DNA from: Lama guanicoe
Lineage: Eukaryota
NCBI GenBank assembly: GCA_013239625.1
Contig: MU054466.1
Span: forward strand, 1,116,001-1,180,000
Direction of reading: 5' to 3'
Length of the DNA: 64,000 nt
Position numbers and translations under genes: made by a program. Under the pieces are notes generated by a model. It worked only from the letters and a program-made list of their open reading frames with translations. It was not told where the DNA came from and did no database searches. Positions 1-12,769 of this stretch are shown piece by piece (position 1 is the first letter of the stretch; each line of letters begins with the position of its first letter).

Positions 1-94
1 ATCTTACAGAGTAGATGTAACACCCTGCGGGAGAACAAAGGAGTGGGCATCATTCCCAGGGTTTGTTTTGTAATTATTTTTTAAGGTACTAAGG

Positions 95-375
95 ATTAAG
101 GATTCAGGGAAGGCTTCCAATGAAAATGACATCAAAGATGAGACCTGATGCAAGAACAGAGTCCAGGTAGCAGCACAGAAAACTGTTCCACACGAGGGGA
201 AAGGCCAAGTGCACGAGACGCTGAAGGTCAGCTGGAGTCTGGCGTGGGGGTGCGAGAGCTGGGGCAGCAGTGAGAGCAGGGACCAGATCAAAGCGGCTTT
301 TTAGTCCAGTTGAAGAGTTTTAGATTCTGTCCTGAGGCCAACAAAAAGGCATTAAAATGCTTTACGCAGGCCAAA
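95..375 (-). mobile_element. L2 LINE remnant
   Basis: tcagggaaggcttcc...gagacctga...gaccagatca...gagttttagattctgtcctgaggccaa resembles antisense L2 3' consensus. Confidence 0.6.
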
Positions 376-2429
376 ATCCCTCTGAAATGATACCTAGAAC
401 GTCCCCAGAGTGGAGAACAAGTGCCAAGCTCAGGAAGTACGGCACAGTTTTAGGGCTGCACTTTCTTTATCACACTTCAAAAACAGAGAGGAAAGTTACT
501 ACAGTTTCAAAAGCGCAGCATTTCTAAGCGTTTCTAAGAGCACGCTGTAAGAGGCAAACACTAAGGCGACAGCTAAGAGAGAGAGAGGTGTGTTTATTGC
601 TACGGGTAACAAAATGTTTATTCTCCTTTCACAGTAAGAGCTGCTCAGGACAAACTCCCACGACATCCGGTCCCCTGTCACCCAGAGGCGTCCTGACCAT
701 GCCGGGCCCTGACAGCAGACCCCGTCTCCAGACGCTGGAGCCTAAGTCTGTTGACTTTCTACCACTTTTGGTTTTCAAGGTCTACCTGAAGCTGATTATT
801 AAAATAAAAATCTTCCTGCAGTGCTGACTCATTTAAGTCACAAGAGGTGGTGCTGTGGGAGGACCACCGGCCTGTACACTCAGATGTCCAGTCCCGGTTC
901 TGCCCTCCCGGACCCCTGACTCCAGTGGTCACACAGGCACCGAGGGTGGAGAACAGCCCCAGCCGCCCTGCACCCCCGAGCTCCTGCTCTGCCCCCAACT
1001 CGACTCTGCTCAGACTTCCCCCAGCTGCCTGCCGACGATGCCTGGTATGCCCAGCCCGGGTCAGCGAGTTCACAGCCCAGAAGGCAGAGCCCAGGGTCCC
1101 AGCGTGGGGACAACCTTCACTCTCCCCTGCCGCCCTTGGGCTGCAGCCCAAAGATGACGACAGGCCCTGCCCCACAGTGACCCAGGCGCCCTGCGAGCAA
1201 GAAGTGCTCTTGGCTTTCGGACACGCTGGCCACTCTTTCTCTTGATAACCGTCTCCCAACGTTTAAATCAAAGCTGGAGGTGACCCCACCTCCACAGTGA
1301 CTCACTTCCCTCTGAAATGTCTGAGTCACTCAGATTCCATTCAGCCCTCATCTCTGCTTGACCACTCCCTGTCTGCCGGAACTTTCCGTGCTGACAGAGG
1401 AGGCGTGGACCATCACAGGTCCGCAGGCACCCTACACACGTCTCCTCTCTTAACAAAAATCTCGCTAACCAGTACATTTCCAGAATTACTTCAGTTCTCA
1501 GGTGAACTTAACCCTACCCGCCTACTGACAGTGATTTATCACCGAGAAAGATCTCCGTGGCGTGAGGCGCTCAGCCACCTTGCCTATCTCCTGCAGAACC
1601 GTCAGCCTGCGCCATTTAGGCCCTGTGTTTCGGTACAAGTCACGTCCCACAAAGCGGTTCACCATACGCTCAGTCCTCAGCTTGGGACCTGGGACTGTGA
1701 CACCCCTTGAAGAAACAAGCACAGAAGTCACATCTGCAGTGACACAAAGACGTGGTGACCTGGGTCCCTGGGATCCTCTCACCACAAACAGCAGGACGTG
1801 GGGGAGCAGATGGGCAGGTGTGGTGGGGGGACCTTCTTAAAAATAGGGGTGAGCTGGAATGAAAGTCAAGAATACTCCGACCACATGCTGAAGCTGGGGA
1901 CCCAGACGTGGACAGAGGCAGCAGCCCGACCTCACCCGAGCGGCAGCTGCCACGCCAGTGCTGGAGCTGGGCACCTGCAGCCGCAAGTCACCTGAGGAGC
2001 AGGGGACAAGGCCCAAGGCCCAGGCCAGCTGGGGGCCCAAGAGATGTCCCTCCAGAAAAGTGGGCCTGCAGAGGGCTGCAGACTCGGAGTAAGGTCTACC
2101 CAAAGTAAAACGCCCCACCGGGGAGCTGCGCAGAAGCGATCCGTGTCTGACCCGGGGGAAAGGCAGCAAGGAGACAGGCTGCCCGTGACAGGCACTCACA
2201 CCACCCGGGTGGGAGGGGAAACCTCAAGCCAGGGCTTCAAACAGCCTTCACCGTCAAGGCCCCTAACTGGTTGATGGGAGCAAACCTAAGTAATTTCTGG
2301 GGGAAAAAAACCAACCTCATCTCAAGCTTTGTAGACTTTACACAGCTGAATTTCAAAAGAAAATACTCATCAGTACTTTCAAAGTACGTTAGGATACAGG
2401 CACCACAGCAGGAAGTCAGCGAAAACGGG

Positions 2430-3700
2430 AGCTGACCCCGATGCACCAAGACTTCAGCTTTCAGAGCAATGAGAGCAGAAGTAAGGTAGCTTCATCTGAT
2501 GTATTTCAAGACAGAAAACCGAAACATGAGACAAGGACAGGCAGACATGAAAAACAACTGTACGGATTTGTTTTAACCATTTTTTAATGTCCTACTAGAA
2601 CTTAAAATAGAAGTGGAAAGGCTTTGCGACAGACTAGACATAGCTGAACAAAGGATCTGTGAACTGGAAGGCAGGTCTGAAGAAACTACAACACAACCAC
2701 AGAGGTGAAGTAACAGAGCACGTGAAGGCGGGGATAAGGTGACACCTTTGCAGAGCAGAGCGACATGAGCCAACAGAGCTGTAACAAGGTTCACATGGAA
2801 GGGGGCCTGGGCACAGGCAGTATCTTAACGACAACAGCTGTCAAATTACCGGCAGTTGTGAAAGACGCCAGTGCCTATGCCTTAGAAGCCCACAGAATCT
2901 CAGGCAGGCTGGCTGGAAAGAACCGTACAGCGAGCACATAAGAAGGAGCCTGCAGAGCCAGAGCAAAGGGAAGCTCTCACAGCAGACAGGAGAAGGGACG
3001 CACCGCCCACAGGCGAAGCAGGGTGCTTCCCGAAAGCACTCCCAGAAAGCAGGAGATGTGGGCTCACAGCTCCAAAGCACGGGGAGGAGACAAGCGTCAA
3101 GCCGCTCCACACCCAGTACTTTCTAGAGCAAGGACACATAAAAACACATTAGGACGGCAACACTGAGAAAATTCACCCCCAAAGACAGAGCAAGATGAGG
3201 GTGAGCTTCGGACAAGAGCAGACGATGACAAAGGGAAAGTCCGACAGGCAAGGGAACTGGTAAATCTCTGGGATAAACGAAAACAAACAAGCATCAACTG
3301 TATATGAAAACAGCGACACAACCCCGGCCGTGCCCTCCGAGAAGGCCTAGGACGGGCACAATGCAGGGGCAACGACTGGCCCCCGCTCCGGGGCTGATGT
3401 CTCACAACACAAACTTCTCCCAAAGGAAGCCAGAACTTACCAGACAAGTGGCTTCTTCCAGGCCCAGGGCAGGAAAGGTACCGATAAGCCTGCACCACGT
3501 CGTCACCTGGAGAGCCAGGCGGCGCTACAGGAGCATGACAGACGAGGACACGCCACAGCCACCGGGAGCCAGGCCAGCTGGGAGAGGCCCCCACCGGGTA
3601 AAAACGGGACAACCTGAGCTTCAATAATCATGAAAACTGCAGTGGACTAAAGCCATCAGATATGTTTAAATCCTTAAGTCCACCCGACACCACAAGAACA
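2430..3700 (+). mobile_element. Old L1 (L1M) remnant, ORF1 region into downstream sequence
   Basis: cagactagacatagctgaacaaaggatctgtgaactggaaggcaggtctgaagaaact is typical L1M ORF1 coiled-coil DNA; A-rich plus strand. Confidence 0.65.
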
Positions 3701-4599
3701 GGGGGTGTTCACGGCCGGTGTGGTCCCCGCACACCTGACTGCCGCTAACCAACAGGGCAGGTGCCGGTGCGATGCCAACGGAGGCAGAAGCAGCACTTGC
3801 ACGGGGCGTGTCCTTCAGAATGCCCCCTCCTCCTGCCCAGCCGCCCTGCGCGAACAGCCAGAAGGAGCACCCAGAGGGAAAGCGAGATGAACGCCCAGCC
3901 CACACTGTCCCGGCTGCCTTGGCTGATGCGCCAGACATGTCAGCGGCATCACCTTGGACTGCCAGCCCCCGGTCAAGCCTCCAGACGGTGACAGCCACCT
4001 GAACAACCTCGGGAGAAACCAGCAGAAGAACTGCCCAGCTGGGCCCAGCCCAACCTGCACAACTGTAAGCAAGTAAACAGTTGCGGTTTTAAACCACTAG
4101 GTGCTAGAGCTCTCGGTCGAGGCAGCCACGGAAAACGGAGACAAACACTCTGCAGTTGGCTATCCAAAGAAGACAGTTGGGTTATTCTCAGCATTTACGT
4201 GGGGCAGAATCAGCAGAAACTCTAAAGCACAGCACTCTCCAGACCGCAGTGGCAGTCTCCTCACCCTCGGGGGAAGAACGGCTCAGAGTTCACCGCCTAT
4301 TACTTGGGGCTGATGCCCACGGAACATTGCTGCACTTTCCTCAGCATTTACCTCAAGCTAAAAAGCGCGATCTAAGGTTCCATCTAATAGGCACCTCACC
4401 CCTATATCACCTGTAACAACCGCGCCACAGGCTGGCAACCCCAGCATCCGACCAGCTCAGCAGAAATTGTATAAATCACAACCCACATGTATGTCAAGAG
4501 GAAATGGAAAAACAAATAGTGATTCTAAATGTGTTCCCTTGGTAACGATGTCGTCTTCCAGTTGTAAATAACAAAGTGCACCCAGAAGCGGCAGCACAC

Positions 4600-5003
4600 A
4601 GACGGCAGGCCAGCGGCGGGGAGGGCTGGCAGAGCCGAGTAGACAAGTGCCCGAGGGGCCTGGAACCCAGGGAAAAGGGCTCTCGGGCAGCAGCAGCGAC
4701 TCACCCTCCTCCCGGCGAATGGAGGAAGACAAGACGTTGTAAGATGTGTTCCAGGGCGGGAAGGGACAGACTGGGAGTTCAGCGTTTGTAGACACTGTCA
4801 GGCATATGCAGACCAGATAAACAAGATTACACTGTACAGCACAGGGGAGCATACACAAGATCTGGTGGAGCTCACAGCGGAAAAAAATGTGACAATGAAC
4901 ATATGTTCATGTAGAACCGAAAACTTGAGCTCTACACTGGAAATTGACACGACATTGTAAACTGACTATAACTCAATTAAAAAATGTAAAACAAAACAAA
5001 AAA
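4600..5003 (+). mobile_element. 5'-truncated camelid-type L1 3' UTR with A-rich tail
   Basis: agataaacaagattacactgtacagcacaggg...tgtgacaatgaa...ctctacactggaaattgacacgacattgtaaactgactataactcaattaaaaaatgtaaaacaaaacaaaaaa. Confidence 0.8.
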
Positions 5004-6279
5004 GGTATGTTCCCAGTGGCCACGCGGCTGCTCCACCCGGACCTCCTCCTGGTGCCGACGGTCCCTGGGGCCCCAGCCTGCAGGACTCGGGCTGCGCGAG
5101 GCTCTCCGCAGAAAGGGCCAGAGCACCCTGACCTACAGCCCGGGGCCGGGTGTGGTCTGAAGTTTTGCTTTTTAGAGAGACAAGAATGCTGCATAAAGAA
5201 ACCCACAACCTTATCTGTGAACTAACCTATAAACAGTTCTATTAATTGGCTTTTTTCCCCTTTAATTCTAACGGCCTCATGACATTTAAGTCTGGTTTTG
5301 GTACCAAATATAGAAAAACTTTGACACCAAGTGTGGGAAAAGTTTTCAGAACTTCTGAATTTCTGATGTTACTTTTTGACAGGGCTTTCTTAAATCCCTG
5401 GGGAAAACAACGAACAAAATACTAACGAAAAAGACTAACAGCTTCTGCACATAAAGGATATAAATAAAAAAACCACCAGCTAACGTCCCACAGCTGTGCT
5501 TTACATGCACTGTCATCAGCGTGTGAGCAGCCGAGGCGCGCGCTGTCCACGCGCCCACTTCAAAGGTGCACGCGCTGAGGTCCGAGCAGGAAAGTGCACG
5601 CAGGCCTCGCTGCCGCTGCTGGGAGGCAGAGCGGCCGAGCTCTCACTCCACCCCGCCCCTGGGAGAGCCAGGGAAATGCTCCAAGCACCGCTCCTGACCA
5701 TTCATCTAAGGATTTATGCACCTCGCCTCGGCATTAGCCTCTGAGCAATCTCTTTCCGCAAAAATTCTTCTCAGGAATGCTAATAGATGAAGCCAAGGCT
5801 GAAGGTAATTCCCCCAAATTTGCAATGTAATACAGGACGTCTACAGGCGACAAATAAATCAGAAAAATGTAAAAAGACAAGGCCCCCCACAGCAGCTAAG
5901 ACAGGTTTCTCAAACCTGCATGGGTCTCCACGGCATGCCCGGGATTCTGTCGATCCCCCCGTACCCCCCCCCCCGTGTTTCTCCGGCTTGGCCCCTCCCC
6001 TTACATGGCCTCAGGGCTTCGAGGCACCGTGGTCCCGCAGGTACCCGCCTCCAGTCCCCCAGGAGCCATCCCTAGGATACCTCATTCTCAGACTCTCCAC
6101 ACATGTCCGCTCACAGCCCGAGACACACTTGGAGCCAATTCGGAAGGACTAACGGACACTCCAAAGAAAAACCATTCTCTTCTCGGCACGGTGGCAAGAC
6201 TTCCGCTAATAAGCATCAGCCAGGATGGCGCTTATGCCAGAGACTGCAAGTTTCTCCAGCGTCTGCTCCCCACTTTCCC

Positions 6280-6650
6280 TGAATAACAGAACCCCATTTG
6301 GGTGGGCACAGGGCCACCCAGACGACTTTGCCAGTCTCCCAGTGAGCGTGCTAAGCATAACTTTTGAGAAACACCCTCAAGGGCAAACAAAGAGGCCTTC
6401 TTCCCTACTTATTCCTTCCTATAAGGTGAAATGCGTATGTAATGGCTGGAGCTCCAGCAGTCATCTTGGACAGTGAGGTGACTGAAAGGATACAATCCTT
6501 GCTAGGTGCCCAGCGCCCTGACATCACGGAGCACCTAAGAGCCCTAAATGGCTAACACTGGACAATCTCCGTGGCAGGGGACTTCAGTTTTATTTCCACT
6601 ACTGTCATTTCTTTCCCCTGTAATTCTTAACCAGACTGAACCCTGATGCC
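6280..6650 (+). mobile_element. MaLR LTR, MLT1J/K-like
   Basis: atggctggagctccagcagtcatcttggacagtgaggtgac is a core MLT1J-type motif. Confidence 0.6.
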
Positions 6651-6658
6651 GTGAGCAA

Positions 6659-6694
6659 AGCCAGTCACGAAGGCATAGCCAGTCACAAAGGCAT
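6659..6694. repeat. 18-bp tandem duplication agccagtcac(g/a)aaggcat x2
   Basis: Read directly; one mismatch between copies. Confidence 0.9.
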
Positions 6695-7339
6695 GCCCAC
6701 TTCTCTTCCCCTTCAGTCTCAAGAGTGTGAGCAACTTCTCAGTCGATTGCCTGCTCAAAAACCTATTTCATGACATCAGTCCTTTTTTTCCCAAGGATAA
6801 ATCCATCTATTACCCATTATATTTTAAAAAGGAGAAATGGATTCGATGTAGAATGGGGGTAATTACTGGATGTGGCGGGGGGTGTGATGTGACACTGAGC
6901 ACAATGCGACAATGACCCCTCCCTTGCAGGCCCCGCGGTCACCTGTGCACAGAGTCTGACGTGCACATTACAGGTCGCCTCCCGCACGGCTCCCGGCGGG
7001 ACACCCACGACCTCTTGCAAAGCTGCTTCTCCCCGTTCTTTCAAGGACTTTAGAAAACATCCCTTTATAGTTCCAGCAGCTCCTGTCTCCACCCCATTTC
7101 TTAAGAGTCTTTTCTAAAGGAACCTTGGCCCACCTGAAACGCAGCTGCAGCGTTTCACTCAGCACTGCTGACACAGGCCGACGCGCCTTCGTCAGGACAG
7201 AAAGGAACCAACCAGCTCCCTGACGGCCCGGGGCCCGGAGGAGCACACGCCCCCCCCCCACCCCCGTGAACAAGCTTATCAGCAAGCACAGAGGGGTGGC
7301 GCCCTCCTCACAGCCTGGGGCTCAGAAGGTAGGACAGTG

Positions 7340-7490
7340 GGTGTGGGGGGCTGGCAGTCAGCATCGGGTTAGAGCTTTGGTTTCACACAAACAGCTTGTG
7401 GCTGCACAGCAATGCGAATGTACTTAACACCAACGAACTGCACACTTAACACGGTCAAGATGCTCACGTTTATGTTACCACAATAAGGAA
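7340..7490 (+). mobile_element. L1MB-like 3' end fragment
   Basis: ggctgcacagcaatgcgaatgtacttaacaccaacgaactgcacacttaacacggtcaagatg...tttatgttaccacaataa. Confidence 0.7.
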
Positions 7491-10400
7491 ATGTGGGGAA
7501 CAGCCCAGCACTCTAGAGGTGACAGGTGCTACCGAGGAACAGAGGGAACGGGCAGAACAAGAGCCGGAAGCTCCGCCAGCACGCGCTCCGCCCGAGGAGG
7601 CCCGCGGTCCGGGCAGACAGCGGCGCTCTGCACAGACTGACAGTGTCAGGGCGCAGAAACGGGAAAACCTAATGGGCAAAGCTGGCAAGGAAGTGGGTCC
7701 TACGTTAAACACGCAGTAGGACTAGGAGGTGGGCGGGAGAGCAGAGGAGGGCACAGCCAGGGGCCCTGGAGTGGAGCCGCAGGGGTCAGAGAGCAGTGAT
7801 GCTTTGACGGAGACGTCCCGAGCTTTCTAGCCTGAAAGACGAGTGGTGGCCTTGGTCAGGCAAGAAGCACTTGTGACGAGAAACCGGTCTGAGGAGAACC
7901 TTACTCACAGGGAGCAAGGAATCAAGAAACATCGGTTCCAGGCCTGAGTCGACCTGACCCAGCCCCTGTCCGGCCAGGCCAGGCGCACCGCTGTCGGAGG
8001 AGGGTAGGGCTTTAAAGGGTCACTAAAGCCCTTCTGGGCCCAGCACATCCAGTTCCAGGCTGCTCTCCACTCGGACAACAGCTCGGCGAAGCGATGCTAC
8101 GGATTCCGACGCGTGAACAGCCTGGGAGAGAGAGGGGCTCAGGCCTGGAGAGGCACTCGGAAACCAAACACGGCCATGATGGCTGCAGAGAGAAAGGGGC
8201 GAATTCTCTGCATCAGCGTCTGATGGAAGCGGAGGGACGGGAGGAGAGGAGGAGTGACGGCCCAGGGCAAAGACAGCAGAGCTCAGCTGCCACGAGTGGC
8301 TGGGCCGCGGGGGGCTTGGGGAAGAGCCATCACGGGCGCCTCAAGCAGCAAATTCTGGACGGAGTGGCGGGAGGCGCGGGGGGCGCTCTTGCTGCCCCTC
8401 AGAGGCTGACCGCTTGGTTTTCTCCTGACGCGGGGCAGCCCGCCCCCCGCACACACGGGGAGGCAACGGCGTGCGCTGGGAAGGCGACGTGGGCCCGGGG
8501 AGGAGGAGAGCAGAGCCCTGACCACGGGGCAGGCGCCACAGAGGACATCCGCTCCTCCCACGCCGCCGAGCAGCCAGTGACGGGGAGCCGCTGGCGGGCT
8601 CTAAAGCCTTCTCTGGGGTGTGGGGGGAGCACTTCGGTCCCTCAAGCATTTGCTCAGGAACACGAGAGGAAGTCCCCAGGGCCTCTGGTCGGCAGTGCCA
8701 TTATCCACATTCAGGGAGCACACCTGCTTCCAGACACTCCTCCTGGTTTGCCGTGACCCACCCCTGGCACAGCCTGTGCCTGCCATCTGCCCCCCTCACC
8801 AGACGCCATGCTAACGGCAGGGACCATATTCGGTTTTGCTCAGACCCCAGCTTCATGTAACCCCAATAAACACTGTCGATGAATCGTGACCCTGTCACTG
8901 AGTCCTGCCTGCTTCCCCTACAGGCCCTGGAGCTCACGGCCGATGGGTGGCACCCCGCTTCCACATCCACAGCGACCAGCCACGCGCCCTGCACACGGCA
9001 GACACCCACTGACACCTTGTTGCTCTGAACCAGGCAGGAAGGGCTTCACGTCTCTCCTGCGCTTTGCCCAGCGTGGCGACGAGATTCGGGGCGGCCCCGC
9101 CCGCACACCCAGCCATGACCCCGATGCTTCTACCTTATCCAAAGACCTGCAACTCTGTCCTGGGGCCTCTTTCCAACCTCCACCTCTGATGTCTCCGCCA
9201 GGCTGGAGAGGGGACGAGAGTCTTCTCAAGTTCACGCCAGGCAGAGGGAGAGGACAACAGAACGGTCTGTTTCCACAAGCCAAACTCGGGGAAAGGTAAT
9301 TCTTCAGGTAACGTCAAATGGCGATATTCCTAACAGCCCACGTCCCCCCGAAGGAGGCAGAAAATGCAGCTCTTCCCCGGAGACTCACAACAGACACACA
9401 GCGCCCCCCCCACCGAGTCCCACGAACAGGATGGTGACAACGTGACAATGCACGCAGAACTCACGGCAACAGTCTGCAAAGAAAGGTAACGAGTGGCTTT
9501 GAGGGTTAACAGACGAGCAAGACTTCATCCCTCCTACGAAGGTCTTCCTTGAGTTTTTAATAGCTCGTGTCACTTTCAAAGGAACATGCTCTCAAGAAGA
9601 GATGAGAACAGTGGCCCGGAAGCACCCCAGTAATTAGGTGGCGCCTTCAATTAGCTTCCCGCTTCTCCCTGGGAAACCTGCTTTGATGTGGAGCAGCCAG
9701 CAAACCTCTAATCAGGACGGCAGGCTGGGGCCCCGGGCCCGCGGCAGCAGCGGCAAAGCGTACCAGCGACTTCCTTTCAAATGTCTTCGTTGACTGAGAA
9801 AAAGAGGGAAGAAGAACGAAGGGAGGAGCACAAAAAAATCCTAGACGGAAGGTCTCCGCAGCGCAGAAAGCAAAACCAAACTTTCCTTGTTCCTGTTGAG
9901 TCTGCAGATTAAAATTCTATCAACACCCTGGACACGAAGTTTATAAAAGCGTCTCTGTCCTGTCGAGAAAAAGCCCAGGTCCTTCGGAGGGGAATGAGCA
10001 CTACAGATTTATCGCAGGTACTTCAGAGTTAACAGCCACGCGAATGCAAATGTTCCATCCTTGAAACAAGCCAGCAGTGAGCCGACGCGACTCCCTCAGA
10101 GCCCTGGGCTCCTCTCCCCCTCGCCTCTTCCTGAACCAGCACCCTAGACCGCTGGACCCCCAAGGCCCGGGTGTGGGCCCTGCTGAGCGCTTCTCAGGAG
10201 AGCAGCGGGAAGGCGGGGGGTGGGGCGAGCAGCAGAGCCGAGGGGCACCCAGCACCAGAGCCCACACTGGCCGTAAGAATTATTTTCTCTGGTCTTGCTT
10301 CTGTTCCTCGAAAAGGGAACAAAAACAGATGCCGCTAAAGGCATGTGTCGTCGGGATTAGAATGGATGGGTGTCTCCTGCCGTTGCCACTAAGAGAGCAG

Positions 10401-10810
10401 GACGAGCGGCCTCCAATGCCCCTTGCAGGACGCTGGGAGCCTGCTGTCCAGACCGAGGAGCCAGGGCCAGCAGCCGTCCCGCAGCGGGACTGCCAGGGAG
10501 AAGGGGTCTTCCAGCAGGACTCCCCCCTCCAGCGGCAGAACCGGCAGGACCATGGGACAGCAGGCGGCCCTCTCCGTGAAGGCCGCCCCCAGGGACAGCC
10601 CACAGGCAGTCCTGCCCCTGGCACCGGAGAGGCAGCAGCCAGTCCTCCTCGGTGGATGGGCTGTGACAGCAAAACCTGTGAAGAGCGAGGTTTCCATCTG
10701 TCGTCACCAGGGAGTGACCAGCGGTGGGAGCCTGGGAGCCCGGTCACCCGACGGGCCTCAACACGGTGCTGAGCGGAGACACGCGCCACAACAGGACGAG
10801 CTGACCACCC

Positions 10811-10860
10811 CCCACACACACACAGGCACACGCACATACACAGACACACACACACACGCA
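10811..10860. repeat. Imperfect (CA)n microsatellite
   Basis: cccacacacacacaggcacacgcacatacacagacacacacacacacgca. Confidence 0.85.
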
Positions 10861-11269
10861 TGCGCTCTGCTTACAGCCCGGTCAGAACGGGGCTGTCACC
10901 AGGGACGGACTCGGAGGGCTGCTAAAGCCACAATCACTTTCTTCCTTCTTACACCCAGGAATGGTAAAAGCAATTAATCTGATGAAGTTCTAAACCGTGC
11001 ATGTATTTCTGCGCGCGAGTCCGTAACAGGCACAAATGGCTGGACTCACTCCCCATCGCTGGGGGAAGCGGATGGGTTCAGAGGAAAACACGGCCCAGCG
11101 CCCGACCTAAGAACCCATTCAAAGGCAACCAAACATCTGGCTCATTTCCGTTCATGTTTTCACATCTCCAGAGTATGTGGAGAAAACCGTAAATAAGATT
11201 TCTCTGTAGACTGCCCGGCTCTGCAAAGAAAAACAGATGATCTTTGTCATTTTCTCAATTTAGAGCTGC

Positions 11270-11720
11270 TTACAAAACATCATGGAACACACACAACTAC
11301 CCCAGGACCTGCAGACCCGTCCCTGGGTATTCACTCAAGGGAAACGAACACACTCCCACACGAGGCTCTGACGCTCACAGCAGCCCCGCTCATCACAGCC
11401 CAAACGCGCACGGGCGGGAGGCCGCCAGGGGACGGGCTTTGGTCCCCCCGCACGCTCCTGGGCCTTGCAGGGGCAGAACGGCAGGCACGCGGGACCTGGG
11501 CGAGCCTCGGACCTCGGCGCGAAAGCAACCCGTGTGACGGGGGCTTGGAGAAGGCAGTTTCCTGGCCAGGAGGACGGGGCTGGGGTGGCTGGGGCGCGAG
11601 GGAGCTCCCGGTGATCACAGCTCCACCCCCGGGCGCTGAGGGTGGTTAACGGGGAGTGCACAGCCGGTAAAATCCACCGAACTAACTACGTAAGAGCCAA
11701 CAAACTGCCTGTAAAAAAGT
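11270..11720 (+). mobile_element. Old L1 (L1MB/ME-like) 3' remnant, strongly GC-shifted
   Basis: ccctgggtattcactcaagggaaacgaacaca...ctcacagcagccccgctcatcacagcccaaac matches the L1 3' motif ttcatagcagcattattcataatagccaaaa. Confidence 0.55.
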
Positions 11721-12497
11721 CTGTGGGGTGGCATGTAAAAAAGGATGTTCTAAATTTTTAAAGATTTAAAGAGATAATACGAAATACATAAAACTGAAAA
11801 GAGGGCAGGCTTTTCCGCGCTGTTCTGACCGAGGACTACTGGAGCCCTGACATGCGGGCTGTGAGCCCCGAATGGTGCAGACAGAGCCCCGGCCCTGATG
11901 CCGGGGACCCTGGACGACCTCGACCTCAGCCAGGCTGGAACCACGGAACCGCAGGGCTGCACCGGGAGGCGCCGCCGCCAACCCGCACAGCAGCGGCGGG
12001 CTGCGCGCTCCCCCCGAAGCCCGTCAGGAGAGGCAGGGCAAGCCCCCTTCCCGGCAGCAACAGGGACTCTGTGAACCAGGGTCTCTGTGAGGAACCCTCG
12101 GCCCCCACGGAAGGGAAGCGGGGCGGGCGCGGTGCAGGCGGCTGTCCCTGTCACTAGCTGCACCGAGCCCTCTCCCAGCTCTGCTCCCCGAGGAGTGTGG
12201 CTGTAATGTATGTCGAGACGCTCCTTCTTCATAAAATCTAAGAAGCCGAAAAATGGAAGACGGCCCACTGCGTTACTGAACCCGACACGGAGCAGAGGAG
12301 CTGCTACACACGGAATCGGGCTGGTCTATCCCGTCGCCCTTGCAAGGACACAGAAGGAAAGGTGAGCCCCAGCGCCTGGATCGGGCATCTCCACACGGCC
12401 CTTTCTCACGCTCACAGCCCACTCTCCACGCCAGCCGGGCCCCCAGAGCCATCGACACACCCGCCTCCCTCGGTGCCAGCTCGTGGGCCTCGGCGGC

Positions 12498-12557
12498 GGC
12501 GGACCTCTCCATGGCGGGGGCGGACCTCTCCACGGCGGGGGCGGACCTCTCCACGGC
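12498..12557. repeat. 21-bp GC-rich minisatellite ggcggacctctcca(c/t)ggcggg x~2.9
   Basis: Units start at 12498, 12519 and 12540. Confidence 0.92.
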
Positions 12558-12769
12558 AGCCTCCGGGGCTGGTCCAGGCCACAGGCCCCGTTCAGGGATT
12601 CGCTGCTGCCCTTGGCACCCCACGTTCGGGACTCTGATCCTCCACATGTGGGCCCAACCTGACTGCTGGCCAGTCACACCCTGGAGTCCACACCCACGGC
12701 AGCACCGATTGTAACACAACACCCCGATCTCAGAGCCGTCCGCGTGAGCAGACTGGGCGCCCCGGGACT

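Noticed and set aside
1180-1720. Possible MER21-like LTR remnant; likewise possible L2 at ~7520-7900, ~8750-8885 and ~14100-14400, and MIR at ~41580-41720, ~43700-43800 and ~63430-63510
   Set aside because: Similarity is too decayed to assign a family or boundaries by eye; needs RepeatMasker/Dfam
12150-12268. Minus-strand peptide FMKKERLDIHYSHTPRG loosely resembling Raptor exon 4 (KEERVLFHYNGHGVPRP) and exon 1 (FMKKR)
   Set aside because: Raptor is nearly invariant in mammals. This match is short and gapped and lacks the rest of either exon, so I judge it coincidental.
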